From positions 1 to 56,714 of the forward strand of contig ADNK01000126.1 in the NCBI GenBank assembly GCA_000320545.1: a DNA stretch of 56,714 nt, written 5' to 3'. The notes beneath the pieces were generated by a model, which saw only the letters and a list, made by a program, of their open reading frames with translations, was not told the origin of the DNA and made no database searches. Below are positions 28,543 to 40,600 of this stretch, one piece after another (the first letter of the stretch is position 1; each line of letters opens with the position of its first letter). The translations under genes and the position numbers were made by a program. The DNA is from Bigelowiella natans CCMP2755 (Eukaryota > Protista > Cercozoa).

Positions 28543-28827
28543 ATATTTCCTTTTCTGTCAAAGCATTTACCCTAGGAAGATCGTCGGTCGAGAAAGCCTG
28601 CCTGCTGCCTCCGAGCTGCTTCCACACTGGGGTTTGACCTAGACAGGACGACAAAACTACTGCCGATTGTCTGCAGCACCTCTGTTCATTCACGCGAAGA
28701 CAAACCAAAGACACTTTATTTCAGCGTGATTAATATAATGATTAGCTCCTATTTATTTCTCCTCCTAGCCAACACTCTCCTTTCAGGGGGAGGAGGGGTG
28801 GTATACCTTTGGGGCTCGGACAAGCAT
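26606..28827 (-). CDS. Acyl-CoA synthetase / acyl-activating enzyme (ANL superfamily), probable mitochondrial presequence
   Basis: [84 protein letters not shown]. The first exons (MLVRAPK|[18 protein letters not shown]) are inferred from splice sites. Confidence 0.9.
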
Positions 28828-29238
28828 CACAGCCACGTGTGAGGCTTGGGACGTATTGCGCTTTGTTGTCGCAGTGGGAAAACCTTCTGTGTCTGAGACT
28901 AGAGGAACAAGCGCTTTTTCACTAGCGACAACTCGGCGAAAAAAAGAACAAAGCAAGCTCCAACGATTTCTTTTGTTTTTCTTTGTGTCGGCTCTTTGCC
29001 CCCACATTGTTGTCATTCTTGGTTCGAGACAACGAGGTAAGTTGTCGCACAAACGAAATCCATATCGTTGAAAATAACGGGATCCCCGACTTCGTGGCTG
29101 GAGGAGCAACTCGTGCAAAGGCGGAAATATTTCTACGTCAATATATTTTCATTGTCGCAGTAAGAGTATGTATTCATCGCACAGGGGCTTGTCCCACTCC
29201 CTGGTCAATCGAAGGCCACCCAACAGAACGAAGACTAA
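28828..29238. promoter_or_regulatory. Short divergent intergenic region, a candidate bidirectional promoter between the acyl-CoA synthetase and COX15
   Basis: Head-to-head inferred start codons ~410 bp apart; no specific motif identified. Confidence 0.45.
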
Positions 29239-30047
29239 ATGAGGCTGCACACTCTTCTCCGAGGGAGGAGTTTCGCGGTCGCAGGCTTTCGCTCACAAGC
29301 GAACAATTGCCAACGGCTGCTTAGGAGAACCCTGCGGAGGTTGAAGAGCACCACTAGCGCACCGAGTGGGGTTGTGGAGGAGCAAATCATGCAGCCCGTG
29401 CGGACGAATGCCAACCTCCATATGGCGCGATGGCTTTACGGGTATCATAGACCTCACTCGAATATCATTCATATCAGTTGATAATCATTGCTCATGTATG
29501 TCTCTGTGAAGATGTTGCGGGATGGTATTCGGTATGGTTGCCCTCGGAGGCATCACACGTCTTACAGGTAACGTGAATGCGAAATCGGCCAGATCTCTAT
29601 ATGTTGAGTATCTTCCACACATTTCAACCTTACGTGAATAATCTGATCTCAGGCAGCGGCCTTTCGATGGTGGAGTGGAAGCCGACAGGAATTTTGCCTC
29701 CCACTACAAAGGCAAGTTGTTTGGTCCACATTCGCGAGTGCCCTCATTGTGCAAATTAAATGAACTCTTTTTTCTTTTTTTCCTTCTATTATCTTTAGGA
29801 GGGCTGGGAAGAGGAATTCAACAAGTATAAAAGCTTTCCTGAGTACCAAAAGGTTGCGAAAAGTTTGCTGGTTCTCATGTTTCGGTTTGTCATCAAGTGC
29901 TATTTGCATCGTTGTCGTCTCAGCATAATGACGAGCTGAGTCTGGCTGAATTCAAGTGGATATGGTTCATGGAATGGGGTCATAGAATGGCAGGGCGCGC
30001 CACAGGAATGGTAACAGCAGACGTTTTTATGGACGCGTTTACAGAAT

Positions 30048-30100
<53 letters not shown>

Positions 30101-31622
30101 GATGAAAGTGTGTAACTATGTGCGTATTTGTGTCTGTAATGTTGCATAAACATTCGTACACACATTCACTACAGGTTTTCGGAATTCCTCTCCTGTACTT
30201 TGGTATGAGGGGAATGATCCCTAAACGACTCGCTCCTCGAATGGCAGGCCTCCTCCTCCTGGTGACGCTCACATCCTCCTCGTTAACTTCCATTTTTAGT
30301 CTCAATTATGGTGATAAGGAGCTTGAGTGCCTACAGACAAACTCATTTACATCTTTCATAAATTCTAATCTCATTCGAAATGATCTGGATATTAGTGTTA
30401 ACTCATCCCATCTTTCAGGGAGGGTCGCAAGGACTGATCGGGTGGTGGATGGTGCGAAGCGGCCTCAACGGTGGTGTCCATACTTCCACAATAACCTGTG
30501 CAAATGACTTTGAATTGTATACCACATCGCTGCGGGAGGAAAGGAGGAGAAGAAATTGATAGAGAAGGGGGAGGCCTAGGGGCAGGATGCACGGTGTTTC
30601 TGCTTTGCTGTTACACTCGTTGGCCAACTATTCTTTTAACATTCTTAATTAGACAAAGAGAGGTTTGGGGGTGAAGGTCGCGTGTCGCCGTACCGGCTAG
30701 CTGCACATCTCTCTATGGTAATAATGTCGTAGCTAGCAAAGAAAGAATGTAAGCCAGATCGTGATAATAAATCCCTCTTGATGCTCTTTTAACATGAATA
30801 TTTAGCACGGCGGAATTCTCTCTTAATTGCTTTCCCCTCCCTCTCTCTTTCCCTCTTCTCTATCCAAAAGGCATTCATACTATACACAGCCCTCTTCAAT
30901 ACAGCAATAGGCCTCAGCACAGCACACAAGGTGACCTGCAGCTATCAAGAGTATCAACCCTCCTGATGATCTGTTATGATCCAATGCGTGCGTGTGTGGA
31001 TGCATTGCAGGTCGCCAACATGAGTCCTAGCGCTAGGTTGTACGCACAAGCGCTCATTGAAAAGGTGCCGGCCTCTCTCAGAATGTAAGTGGGAGTTCGC
31101 GCAACAGCAGCAACACCTATTAAATCTGCCATTTCGTAGTGCATTGGTCCTGCTAGCTAGCACAAATAACCTAAGTAATTTAATTCGGCAATAGCAAAGG
31201 AAACGTTATCTCTAATTAACTCTTTCTCCTATTCCCTGATCGATCGACCCCCGCCCCCTTTTTTGTGCGTGTGATTCGCTTCTTCTCATGCCCCCCCTTC
31301 AGTGGTTCGGTAGGGCTAGCCTCTCTCGTGGGGTTGACTGCGTTTTCGGGCGCATTCGTCGCTGGGAATCATGCAGGTTGTGATATGGAGCTTGTCATTA
31401 TATTAAAAGTCATCGCTGTCTTTGTCTACATATAATCATTAATTGCCTTCGTCATCACAGGAATGGTTTACGACGAGTTCCCAACGATGGGTGGCAAATT
31501 GCTCCCTGATGACATTGTTAATCCCTTCCTTGAGGTGTGGTGATGTTAATGTTGGTGGCGATGGTGGTGATGATAATGATGATGATGAAGACGATGGTAG
31601 CGGTAGCAATGTATGGAGCATA

Positions 31623-31660
<38 letters not shown>

Positions 31661-33092
31661 CACATGCACCTACGCACATACACGCAAATGATTTGTTTTG
31701 TGTACTATGTATGTACGTGTAACAATGCTGCGAATCATCATATCTGCATCGATATTTGAGAGTGAGCGAGAGCCTGGATTTGTCGTATTACAGCTGCCAT
31801 GTTGCACATCTTTGGGTATTAATGTCCAATTTGCGATTCCATTGTTCATACCATTTTCAATATTATTTTCTAACTACTGCCATTCTCAATGATCTTCCAT
31901 ACCTATCGTTCTCAGCCTAAATGGAGGAACATATTCGAGCACGATACAATGGTTCAGGTGCGGTGAGGGGTGGGAGTAGGAGAGGGCATTAGTTAAATCT
32001 TGATGAAAAGGTACTCATCGAAATGCCAAAATGTTCCTAATATCGCTTAGTGGAATCATCGTGTTCTGGCCATGACAACATTGGGCGCAGTCACCTCAAT
32101 GTACAGAAAGATAAACCTGACTCACTTAAACATGCCAGTGCGAAAACGACCGAAACTTGTCGTAGCTACTCGTTGTTCATGTCATGACGCTTTGATAAAC
32201 ATATGACGACTCCGTGTAATCTTTGGAAGGACATATTTCTACGACATCCTCAACCCTCTAGTGAGACGGAGAGGGCTGACGATTAGCAACAGCAACTATT
32301 ATTCTTTCTTTCCATCTGATGGGAATGCCCATATGCACTAGGTACCTGGCATCGCTGCGGCTACCGCTACCCTCAAATGCTCGTGTGGCCTCGCACTTGA
32401 TGATGGCAATGTCTACCGTACAGGTAAACATGTTAGTGCCATAGGCACTTGGCAACAGTAGTAAAAGAATATGAGGAGATGGTTGGTTTCTTCTTTAGGG
32501 CCTCCAATTATAGTCAGTTTTATCTTTACATTACATGATGATACAACAACGAGTACTGCAACTGTCATACCCCTAAAATGGGCTATTTAAGCGGGCATCA
32601 TCTGCTATATAATAATAATGATGATGATGATGATGATGATGATGATGTCTTACTCCCCGACAACATCGTCGTGCAGGTATCTCTTGGGATCAGCACGTTG
32701 CTTCTACACGTTCCAGTTCCACTTGCGTCAGCTCATCAGGTCAGATGCAAGTGTATTTTCTCCCTTCTCTCTGCGATCAACTAACTGACAGCAAACTTAA
32801 TGTTCGTGTTTCATTCCCAAATAAACCCTATGTGGCGTGATGGATGGAGCAGATGGGGTCACTGACACTCCTCACACTTTCTCTCTGGTTCGCTCATACC
32901 CTACGACCTCTCGCCCCAGTTTCTGTTGCCAGTGCCGCCAGGACAGCAGCTACCGCCACTTCAGGAAGAACAAGTGCAGCCCTCCTTTTAGCTGCCGGCG
33001 GAGCTTCTACAGCAGCGACGAAGTTCTTCGGGGAAAGTGATCCAGATGTTCAGAGTGCCAACGACGATGAAAAAGAATTAGAAAGATCATAA
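29239..33092 (+). CDS. COX15: Heme A synthase (multi-exon; includes a GC-AG intron with donor at 29712)
   Basis: Spliced motifs GGITRLTGSGLSMVEWKP, WEEEFNKYKSFPEYQK, WFMEWGHRMAGR, QGLIGWWMVRSGL, RVSPYRLAAHL, FSGAFVAGNHAG, HVPVPLASAHQ; Arg-rich presequence-like N-terminus. Confidence 0.93.
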
Positions 33093-33180
33093 AATGTCGC
33101 GCGTACGATACTGGTCAATCGTTACATCAATTAATGAAACACATCTTACGTAGTCCATCTTAGCAGGTGCTTGCTGGTGC

Positions 33181-34235
33181 CGAATGATTCCTGAATCGAT
33201 CGGCAGGATGCATGCACATGTAGTAGCTAGCTAGACGTGTAGACGTCCAGACGATGCAGCGACAGCATGTCTTGATGTGTGTGCACAGCTAGACAGCATG
33301 GTAGCTAGAACGGTCTCAGCACAACTGTCACATCTGTTAGCTGTGCTAGACACCTGCGCGACTGTGAGCCTTGCGTTGTGTTGATGAATTGTTGGCGTGT
33401 GAGAGACTCGGATCGACGTGGTCGATCAATTGCAATGACCACATCCCCTCACCTGCAGTTGCACTCGCCACACAGGCTAGCAGGGTTGGATTGCAACGCT
33501 CATGCTTGCGCGCAAGTGCAGCAGTTTTCTGGTTTTTGAACGACCTGCACGTTGCACAACTCCAGAAACTTGACAATGAGCTCATTGCGCCCAGCTTCGC
33601 ATCCTGGATTAACCCCAGCTTCACATGAGTTTTTGTGTCGACAATGCAATTTGCGATTCTGATTGCTCATCAACGCTTCGTTTGGCCGGTTGCATGTGGA
33701 AGGATTTCATGTCATGCAATGAGGCAAACAATGGTTCTGGCCTTCTCCAAAGATGCCACTGTGTTTCGGACTTGCTGTTTTCAAGAGGATGCTCACGACA
33801 AAGACAAACGTGGTGGATCACACTTTTTCCAAGATTGTCAAGGCACTCCTCACGTGTTCAAGATGTTCTTGTACGAGGCTGACCAGATCCTTGTGATCGA
33901 CACGTTCGGGTAAGCATTCAGAGGTTTGGGACATTCTGATCCGATCAATCAGCCTGTTCTGAACAGAACCTCTTTCGTCCCCCAAATGGAATGACAAAAA
34001 CAAACATGCAGGTTGAAAGTGCTTCAAAAGTGATCAAATTGAATCATTTCATCGCGACACAAGGCATAGTTGATGGACATCACACACCTTGATGGAGATC
34101 CCTTGCTTTTCACACGGTCTTCAGGCTCTTCAATTCATTCAGTTTCATGTCCTCGACACTCTTCACAGTCACCAGGTTTGGGGTCTCATTCATGATGATC
34201 GCAATGAAATTTCTCATCGTCAAATTCACCGAAAA
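33181..34235. other. TpA-depleted, TG/CA-rich patch
   Basis: About 15 TA in ~1055 bp, 12 of them TAG (6 CTAG); only 5 TA between 33360 and 34235; CpG retained. Confidence 0.9.
33500..34021 (-). pseudogene. Putative hypermutated gene relic (3 exons: 34021-33824, 33774-33730, 33658-33500)
   Basis: Three segments join in phase 0 across GT..AG introns of 49 and 71 nt into ~133 codons with 0 Tyr, 9 Cys and 7 His. The upstream segment (~34085-34195) does not join cleanly. Confidence 0.55.
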
Positions 34236-34656
34236 ATATTTTTTCGGGACGAGTGTGAACCGCCAATTTGTCACGGGAAATCCGCCAAAAAATATCACGA
34301 GCGATGAGCAGGCATGGGCTATCCTGCTTACGACAATGCTATGTAGCTTGTCGGAAGTAAGAATTTTAATGCGTAATGAGTAGTTTGTGCCGGGAATAAT
34401 AAACGAACAAGGAAACAGGAAAGAGTCTAATTGTACACACGTGGGCATTGATTCCAGCACCCCTCCCTGCACCTCTGAAGGTACATGAAGACAGTCAAGT
34501 TGTATCCGATTTCAGGATATGACACGTGCTATGTTTTAAATCAAATTGACTCATATAGTCTGTTTGAGACGAGCTACAGGTCTAAAATAAGTCCTGGTTG
34601 AATCGAATGTAAGTTTTTCTTCTTGTCATCAGAGAGGACGAAATTGAAGGAGCAGG

Positions 34657-37600
34657 ATGAACAATGGAGGCTTGGATGCAAAAGTGATTCAGGATTATCT
34701 TTGCAAAGTGGTACGGCCTTTACTAGGTTCCGAAGGCAAGGAACTTCAATCTGCACTTAATGACCACTCTGGAAAATTCCAAGAATTCATATCTCAGTCC
34801 CATGCAAGAAGGCTTGTGATTCGCAAGAACTTAGCCGCAAAAGATGGAACTCAATCGTACTCAATCTTAACAGATGTGCAAGTTTATGATAAGAACAGTG
34901 TGTCTGTACTAATAATTAAGAATGTACCCACATTGGTAGAAAATGAACCACTCTCAAAGCAACTTTACGTTTGCGTCTTGAAGGATGGAGCACCGTATGA
35001 AGCAATGCTTAACTATGTTCGTCATGCATTCCTTCCTTATAGTCGCTTCATAATGTCTAGCGAGCAACAAATGGACAAAAAACAGCTTGTTGAGTTTAAT
35101 TTCCTCCGAACAGTCAACAGCAAGCTCAGTGAGCTAGAAGTAAGCCTTTTACGATGTCAACAGAATATTGAGATTCCACAAATCCAGCTCCAAATGCACC
35201 CTACCGTCCAAGAAGTAGTTGGAAGGATTAAAGATCGGTTCCCATTGATCGAGGATCTTCCACAGGAAAGCTACAATGACAAGTTTCTGAACGAATTAAC
35301 AAGCCTTATTTCTGACTGGAAAAAACTTATTGGGTCCGTGACAAAGCTTGATCGAGATATCTCGACTGGAACCACAAAAGATGAAATACATTTTTGGGGG
35401 AGCATGCAAAGGACGCTGACAAAGATCAGATATCAACTTGATGACACCGGAGTCAAATTTACCTTTGACATCCTAAATGCAAACCAAAGATTTATGGCTA
35501 CGACGGATTTTCGTGACGAATGTAATTTCAATTCCTGCCAGGAGAAAGTCATGGTTTATAATAAGTTGCTTCGGGAGTTTCCCATCCAGAATCTGATTGA
35601 TTCAGTTACGATTAAAGATTTGCAAGAAAGCATCAAGCTGATATTCAACCATCTCAAGAAAGTGCCGAATATCATGTATCCACTCAAGCAAGCAATCAGC
35701 TTAGTAAAAACTATAGCTAGAGATATATCCTTCCAGCTCCGTACTATTCTAAGTGCAAAAAGGCCGATGTATCTAGACTATAAGGATTTTGAGCTCGCCA
35801 CCAAAGATTGTAAGTCACTATTCAGCAAATGGGATACCCAGGTGCAAATATTTTCGCAGAGTCTACGAGAATATGCAAGTAGACTTGATTCCGGCCGCCG
35901 AGTTGATTATATAGATATTCCATTTGACTCACTAAAACGTTTACGAAAAAGAGTGCGTGAAGTACGGCAACTTCGCAAGAATCATCATCATCTGATATCT
36001 GTTATTGACTCAACTATCGAGGTTGACGCTATCGTGAAGAACAACAACAGAAAGCAAATCGATAACGCTTATGAATATTTGAAGGCTATTGATGTAATGG
36101 ATACCTCAGACGAGGCGACTGCTGTTTGGAAAAAATCTGTTCAAAAGTATCGTTCAAAGATCGACTATGTAGAAAGTGACATCGAAGAAAAAATTAGGGA
36201 AATGTTGGACAAGGCAAAAGGTGATGCAAATGAAATGTTCCGCGTTTGTGAGAAGTTTGGAAAACTTTTTGATAGACCTCGCATTTCTGGGGCGATTCGA
36301 GAGTACCAACAGCCCCTTATAGGCACGGTACAAGATGGTATAAGCAAGTTGTACCAAAAATTTAAGACTGATTATGTGAACAATGAGGCGGCAAGGATGT
36401 CATTAATAAAGGATGTACCACCTGTTTCTGGAGCCATAATTTGGCTGCGGCAAATTGAGAACCAGCTAGATTTATATATGAGACGTGTGGAGCAGGTTCT
36501 AGGTGAAAAATGGCATCATCACGTCGTCGGAAAGGAGCTGAAGCGTAATTATGGCCAATTTCATGCGCAGTTACAGCGTTCGATAAATCATGATCAGTTT
36601 GGGAACTGGATTAAGAGATGGAAAAGTGAACGAAAAGAAAAAGAAATGGAGTTTGAAAGCGAGGGAAGAATATTTCGAATTGAGGCATACGAAAACCAGC
36701 CACGTCTACTTGTAAACTTTGATAAAGATCTAATTGAACTCTTTAAGGAGGTGAGGAATCTGAAAAGATTTATGAACAAGCGTATTCCATACGAAATTCA
36801 AATTCGAGCCAGCGAGGCAAAAGTAAAATATCCGTATGCTGTACGGCTTGAAGAGGTTTGAAGTACAGACTCTAAATTATGCACCTCTTCCAAAAAATCG
36901 ATATTTCATATCTCATAGGTGATAAAGATTTATAATCGTACCTGTGCGCGATTGAATCAATTTCCTCACCTCCAACCCCTAGCAGCTAAAATGAAGAGCA
37001 AGGTTCTCATTTAATTTTCTTTGTCAGTATTTAAGGCCTCACAATGTAAATGTTGTAGGTGCAAGACGTAATTCAATGGGGTGTAACTGATTCTTTACAC
37101 TGGACTTCAGACATATTATCAGGATTTGTTAAAAAGATAAGCTCTTTCACTCAACAGTTCCAGGTTTGCCATACAACATAATTAGTTAGAATGGTCAAAT
37201 TATGCAAAGTTTGTATATTACACAGGACTATGTCGAGGATATTATCATGCAGAGTAAACGTGTAGAGCTAGGTATGCACTAAATCTCGACCATTCTTTCC
37301 AAAAAATAAAAATATTTCTATTACATAGCCCTCGAAAAGCTGAAACAAATGGAGCCTTCTCATGACGCACTTTCCAAGGTTATAAGTGAAATACAAGAGG
37401 TGGTGGACAGTTTTGAAAAGCGCGGATATTCGAACCTAGGTAAGAAGAAATATTGATGTGAAGAGCATTCTTCAAATTGGACTTGTATGCAGGCATGTGG
37501 GTGTCGAAGCTTGATCGTAATATTGAAGGAATCTTATGCCTCAAACTCAAATACATGATGAAGCTATGGTAGGAATAAATGGAAAAAGTAATACTCAGTC

Positions 37601-40600
37601 TAGCCTAACTTGCCAATCACCTACAACTTACAATAGGTGTGAGGGAGTTTCTCTTACACCGAAAGAGCTTGAAGATCTGAAAGCTAAGGTTGAGAAAGGA
37701 GTCGACGAGAAGGACGACTCTTTAGATGATCAAGGTACCATTGATACAAGGTATATGGATATGATATGAATTACTTCATCTTTTATTAGCCCAAAAAAGG
37801 ATGAAAGAGAAGCAGATACTAGAAATAATGGCAAATGATATGAAGGAGCCTATTGTTCACGAGATTGGTATGTAGTTGGGCCGGAACTTAGATAAAATTC
37901 ATAAACTAAGTATTGATTCAGGAATTCGATCTAACATGCTCACTCTTGAGCCATCACTTCATTATGCCCGGCTAAGTCTTGGTAACAGCACAAATTACAA
38001 ATTTGGTTATGGATTCACATTCTGAAAATATACTATCAGTCGGTTCTCTCCAGAAAGTTGTGGCAGCAGTGTGCAAGCTACCGCGTATTCAATCCCTAAG
38101 TAAAAAGCGGCAGATGAACGCAGGTACCCTCAAGAAAAGACAGATTTCAATAAAGGAGCAGAAGGTGATAAATGATTCTATCAAAATTATTGCAATAATT
38201 TAAACTGTGGTTGCGTGCAGGAAATGCTAACTTTCAGTTCAGCCATTCGTAAGATTAACACTGAAGAAATTCAGGAGTGCTACACAACAATTGAGCAGAC
38301 AATTACAACTGCTGAGGAATATGTGAATAGCTGGTAGATTTGTAGGTTTAGATCGTTGGACGCCTACTTTTGTGTCATTTATTCGCGGAATAACGAATAG
38401 GCTGCAGTATCAAGCATTATGGGATATGGACATTGACGCGGTGATAAAGCAGGTACTTTTCTAAAATCGAATTTGGTTAGGAGACATAACTTTATCTCAT
38501 TGCTGGCTCCAGATTGAAAGCAGCGTTAGCACATGGGAACAGCTATTAAGAGACATGAAGAACTCGCGAAGACAATTCGAAGGTTAATAAATTAAATTTA
38601 TGATGATGGATCGTCAATGATTTACACTTCAAATTTAAAGAACAAGATTCTGAGCACTCTATTGGGCCGATATTAATAAAGTTTCGTACTGTTCAGCAAA
38701 AAATCGAAAATAAGGTTATGAAGAAATATTTTATTTCAATATTTTAATTTTCAGCGCATAAATGGCTCATTGTTCTTGAATCAACTGTAGGTCGAGAGTT
38801 GGCAGAAGACCATCACTGTCCGATTTTCGAACAGTTTAGGTTGGGTTGAAGGGAATACTTTCAGCTCGCATGATTCTGAAATCTGAATTTGAGTTAGGTG
38901 GCAAAATGAAGGAAATATATGATTCCGCAAACAAGGGACGCAACGCTCTAGAAAACATTTCAATGGAGTTTAAGATGCAAGTAAGTGTCCCACCTTTTCC
39001 AGCTGACTCATTGGACGATAAATAATGACATGAAACAGGACACGAAAGAAATAGTTAAAATTCTTACCAAACTAATGGATTATAAATCTAAACGTTCTGA
39101 GTGGGAAAAAGATTTGAAGTCTCAGCTTGGGGTGAGATTTTGGTTTCTTCCCAATCGTCTTTAAGTAACATGTCGATCTCCAAAGGTTGAATCGATGCTC
39201 AAGCGGCAGCGCCATCAATTCCCAGAAGATTGGCTAATAGGCGAAAGAGTGGCTGGAGAATTTACCGCATTTCAGCAGATGTAAAATTTCGTTGCTTAAG
39301 ATCAATATCTACAAATATAAATGTCGTGCAATCACAGACTTGAAGGAAAACTTAGCAGATTAAGCAGTGAAACGCCTGATTTGCAGGCTAGAATCACGAA
39401 AGAGGTCAAATATGACAATATCAGTTGCAAATCTCAGTTGCAAATCTCAGTTGCAAATCTCAGTTGCAAATCTCAGAATCGAGCAGATTTTTACAAAAAT
39501 AATTTCTTTCAGGATCTAGCTCTCACAGAACGAGTTCAAAAGTTTCAGGCTGAATGGAAAGAAAACCGTCCAGTTTCGGGAAATCTAAATCATGCAAAGG
39601 TATATTCATATTTTATTTTGCAGATACGACTTAACGATGTTCTCTCCCTCTCACGTTTTAGGTTCTCATAACTCTAAACCATCATAAGGCTCAATGTCTA
39701 ATGCTTAAAGGTGAATCTTATTTCTTTGCATGCTTTATCGTTAGGATTACTGTTCTGTTGGGTTGAATAGATATATGTTAATCGCAGAGGACGTTGTAAG
39801 AATCCACACGGCAAAAGAAGCTTTGGGGATGCAGGTTAATACACAATGCACACGTCTTTCGAATTCCGTCTTATTCTATACACCCCCTTCATTGTCCAGG
39901 TGCGAGATGAAGATATCTTGGGTCCCATTGAGCAAGAACTTGAAGGTAACTTAAGAACCTAAGATTATTTGATTATTTGACTTTTTTGGCCGCTCGTAGA
40001 TTTCTTTTCATTCCATTTATATTACAATAAAAGGACTGCTAGAGGTATGGGAATCACTGAGCAGAGTTTGGAACGAGATAGAAGCATTGGGAGAAAAACG
40101 TTTCGTAACCGTGACCCCGGACAAAATACGTGGTGGATTGAGAGCGTTGGAGGAGAAACTCGCCAACATGGAAAATCATATACGGTAGAGTTATAGAAAT
40201 TGGTATTCACGTTTAGTTTTCCTGACTTCGTTAAATTGTACAGCTCATACGATGCCTTCGATTTCCTTCGCAAAAGGCTGGAACTACAACAAAAAAATTA
40301 TGTCCACTTTGTTACGATCTCATCACCCGTACTAAGGAAGAAGCATCAGCATCAGATCCTGAAATTTCTCCGGATCAAAAAAATATGGCAAGATGTAACA
40401 GTTGGAGACCTTTGGGAGGCTGAACTCCAGAGACATAAGGAAGATTTACTAAAGATAGCTGAAACTGCACAGGGAGAATCCGCCTTGGAGGAGTACCTTG
40501 TTTCCCTTGCAGCTACATGGGAGGATGCCAAATTCGAGTTGGCAGACTATCGAAACAAATGTTTCCTAATTCGTAACTGGAACAACATGTTTAAGCAGAT

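Noticed and set aside
39421-39476. CRISPR-like or mobile-element reading of short tandem repeats (also 2481-2606, ~9160-9210, ~12434-12472)
   Set aside because: Head-to-tail repeats without unique spacers, inside introns of a eukaryotic gene; no cas or transposase sequence seen.
36856-40243. Introner-type mobile introns in dynein
   Set aside because: The introns show no visible mutual similarity or terminal inverted repeats.
36856-40243. Dynein as a broken pseudogene, two genes or a non-standard genetic code
   Set aside because: All stops are removed by canonical GT-AG splicing with consistent phases.
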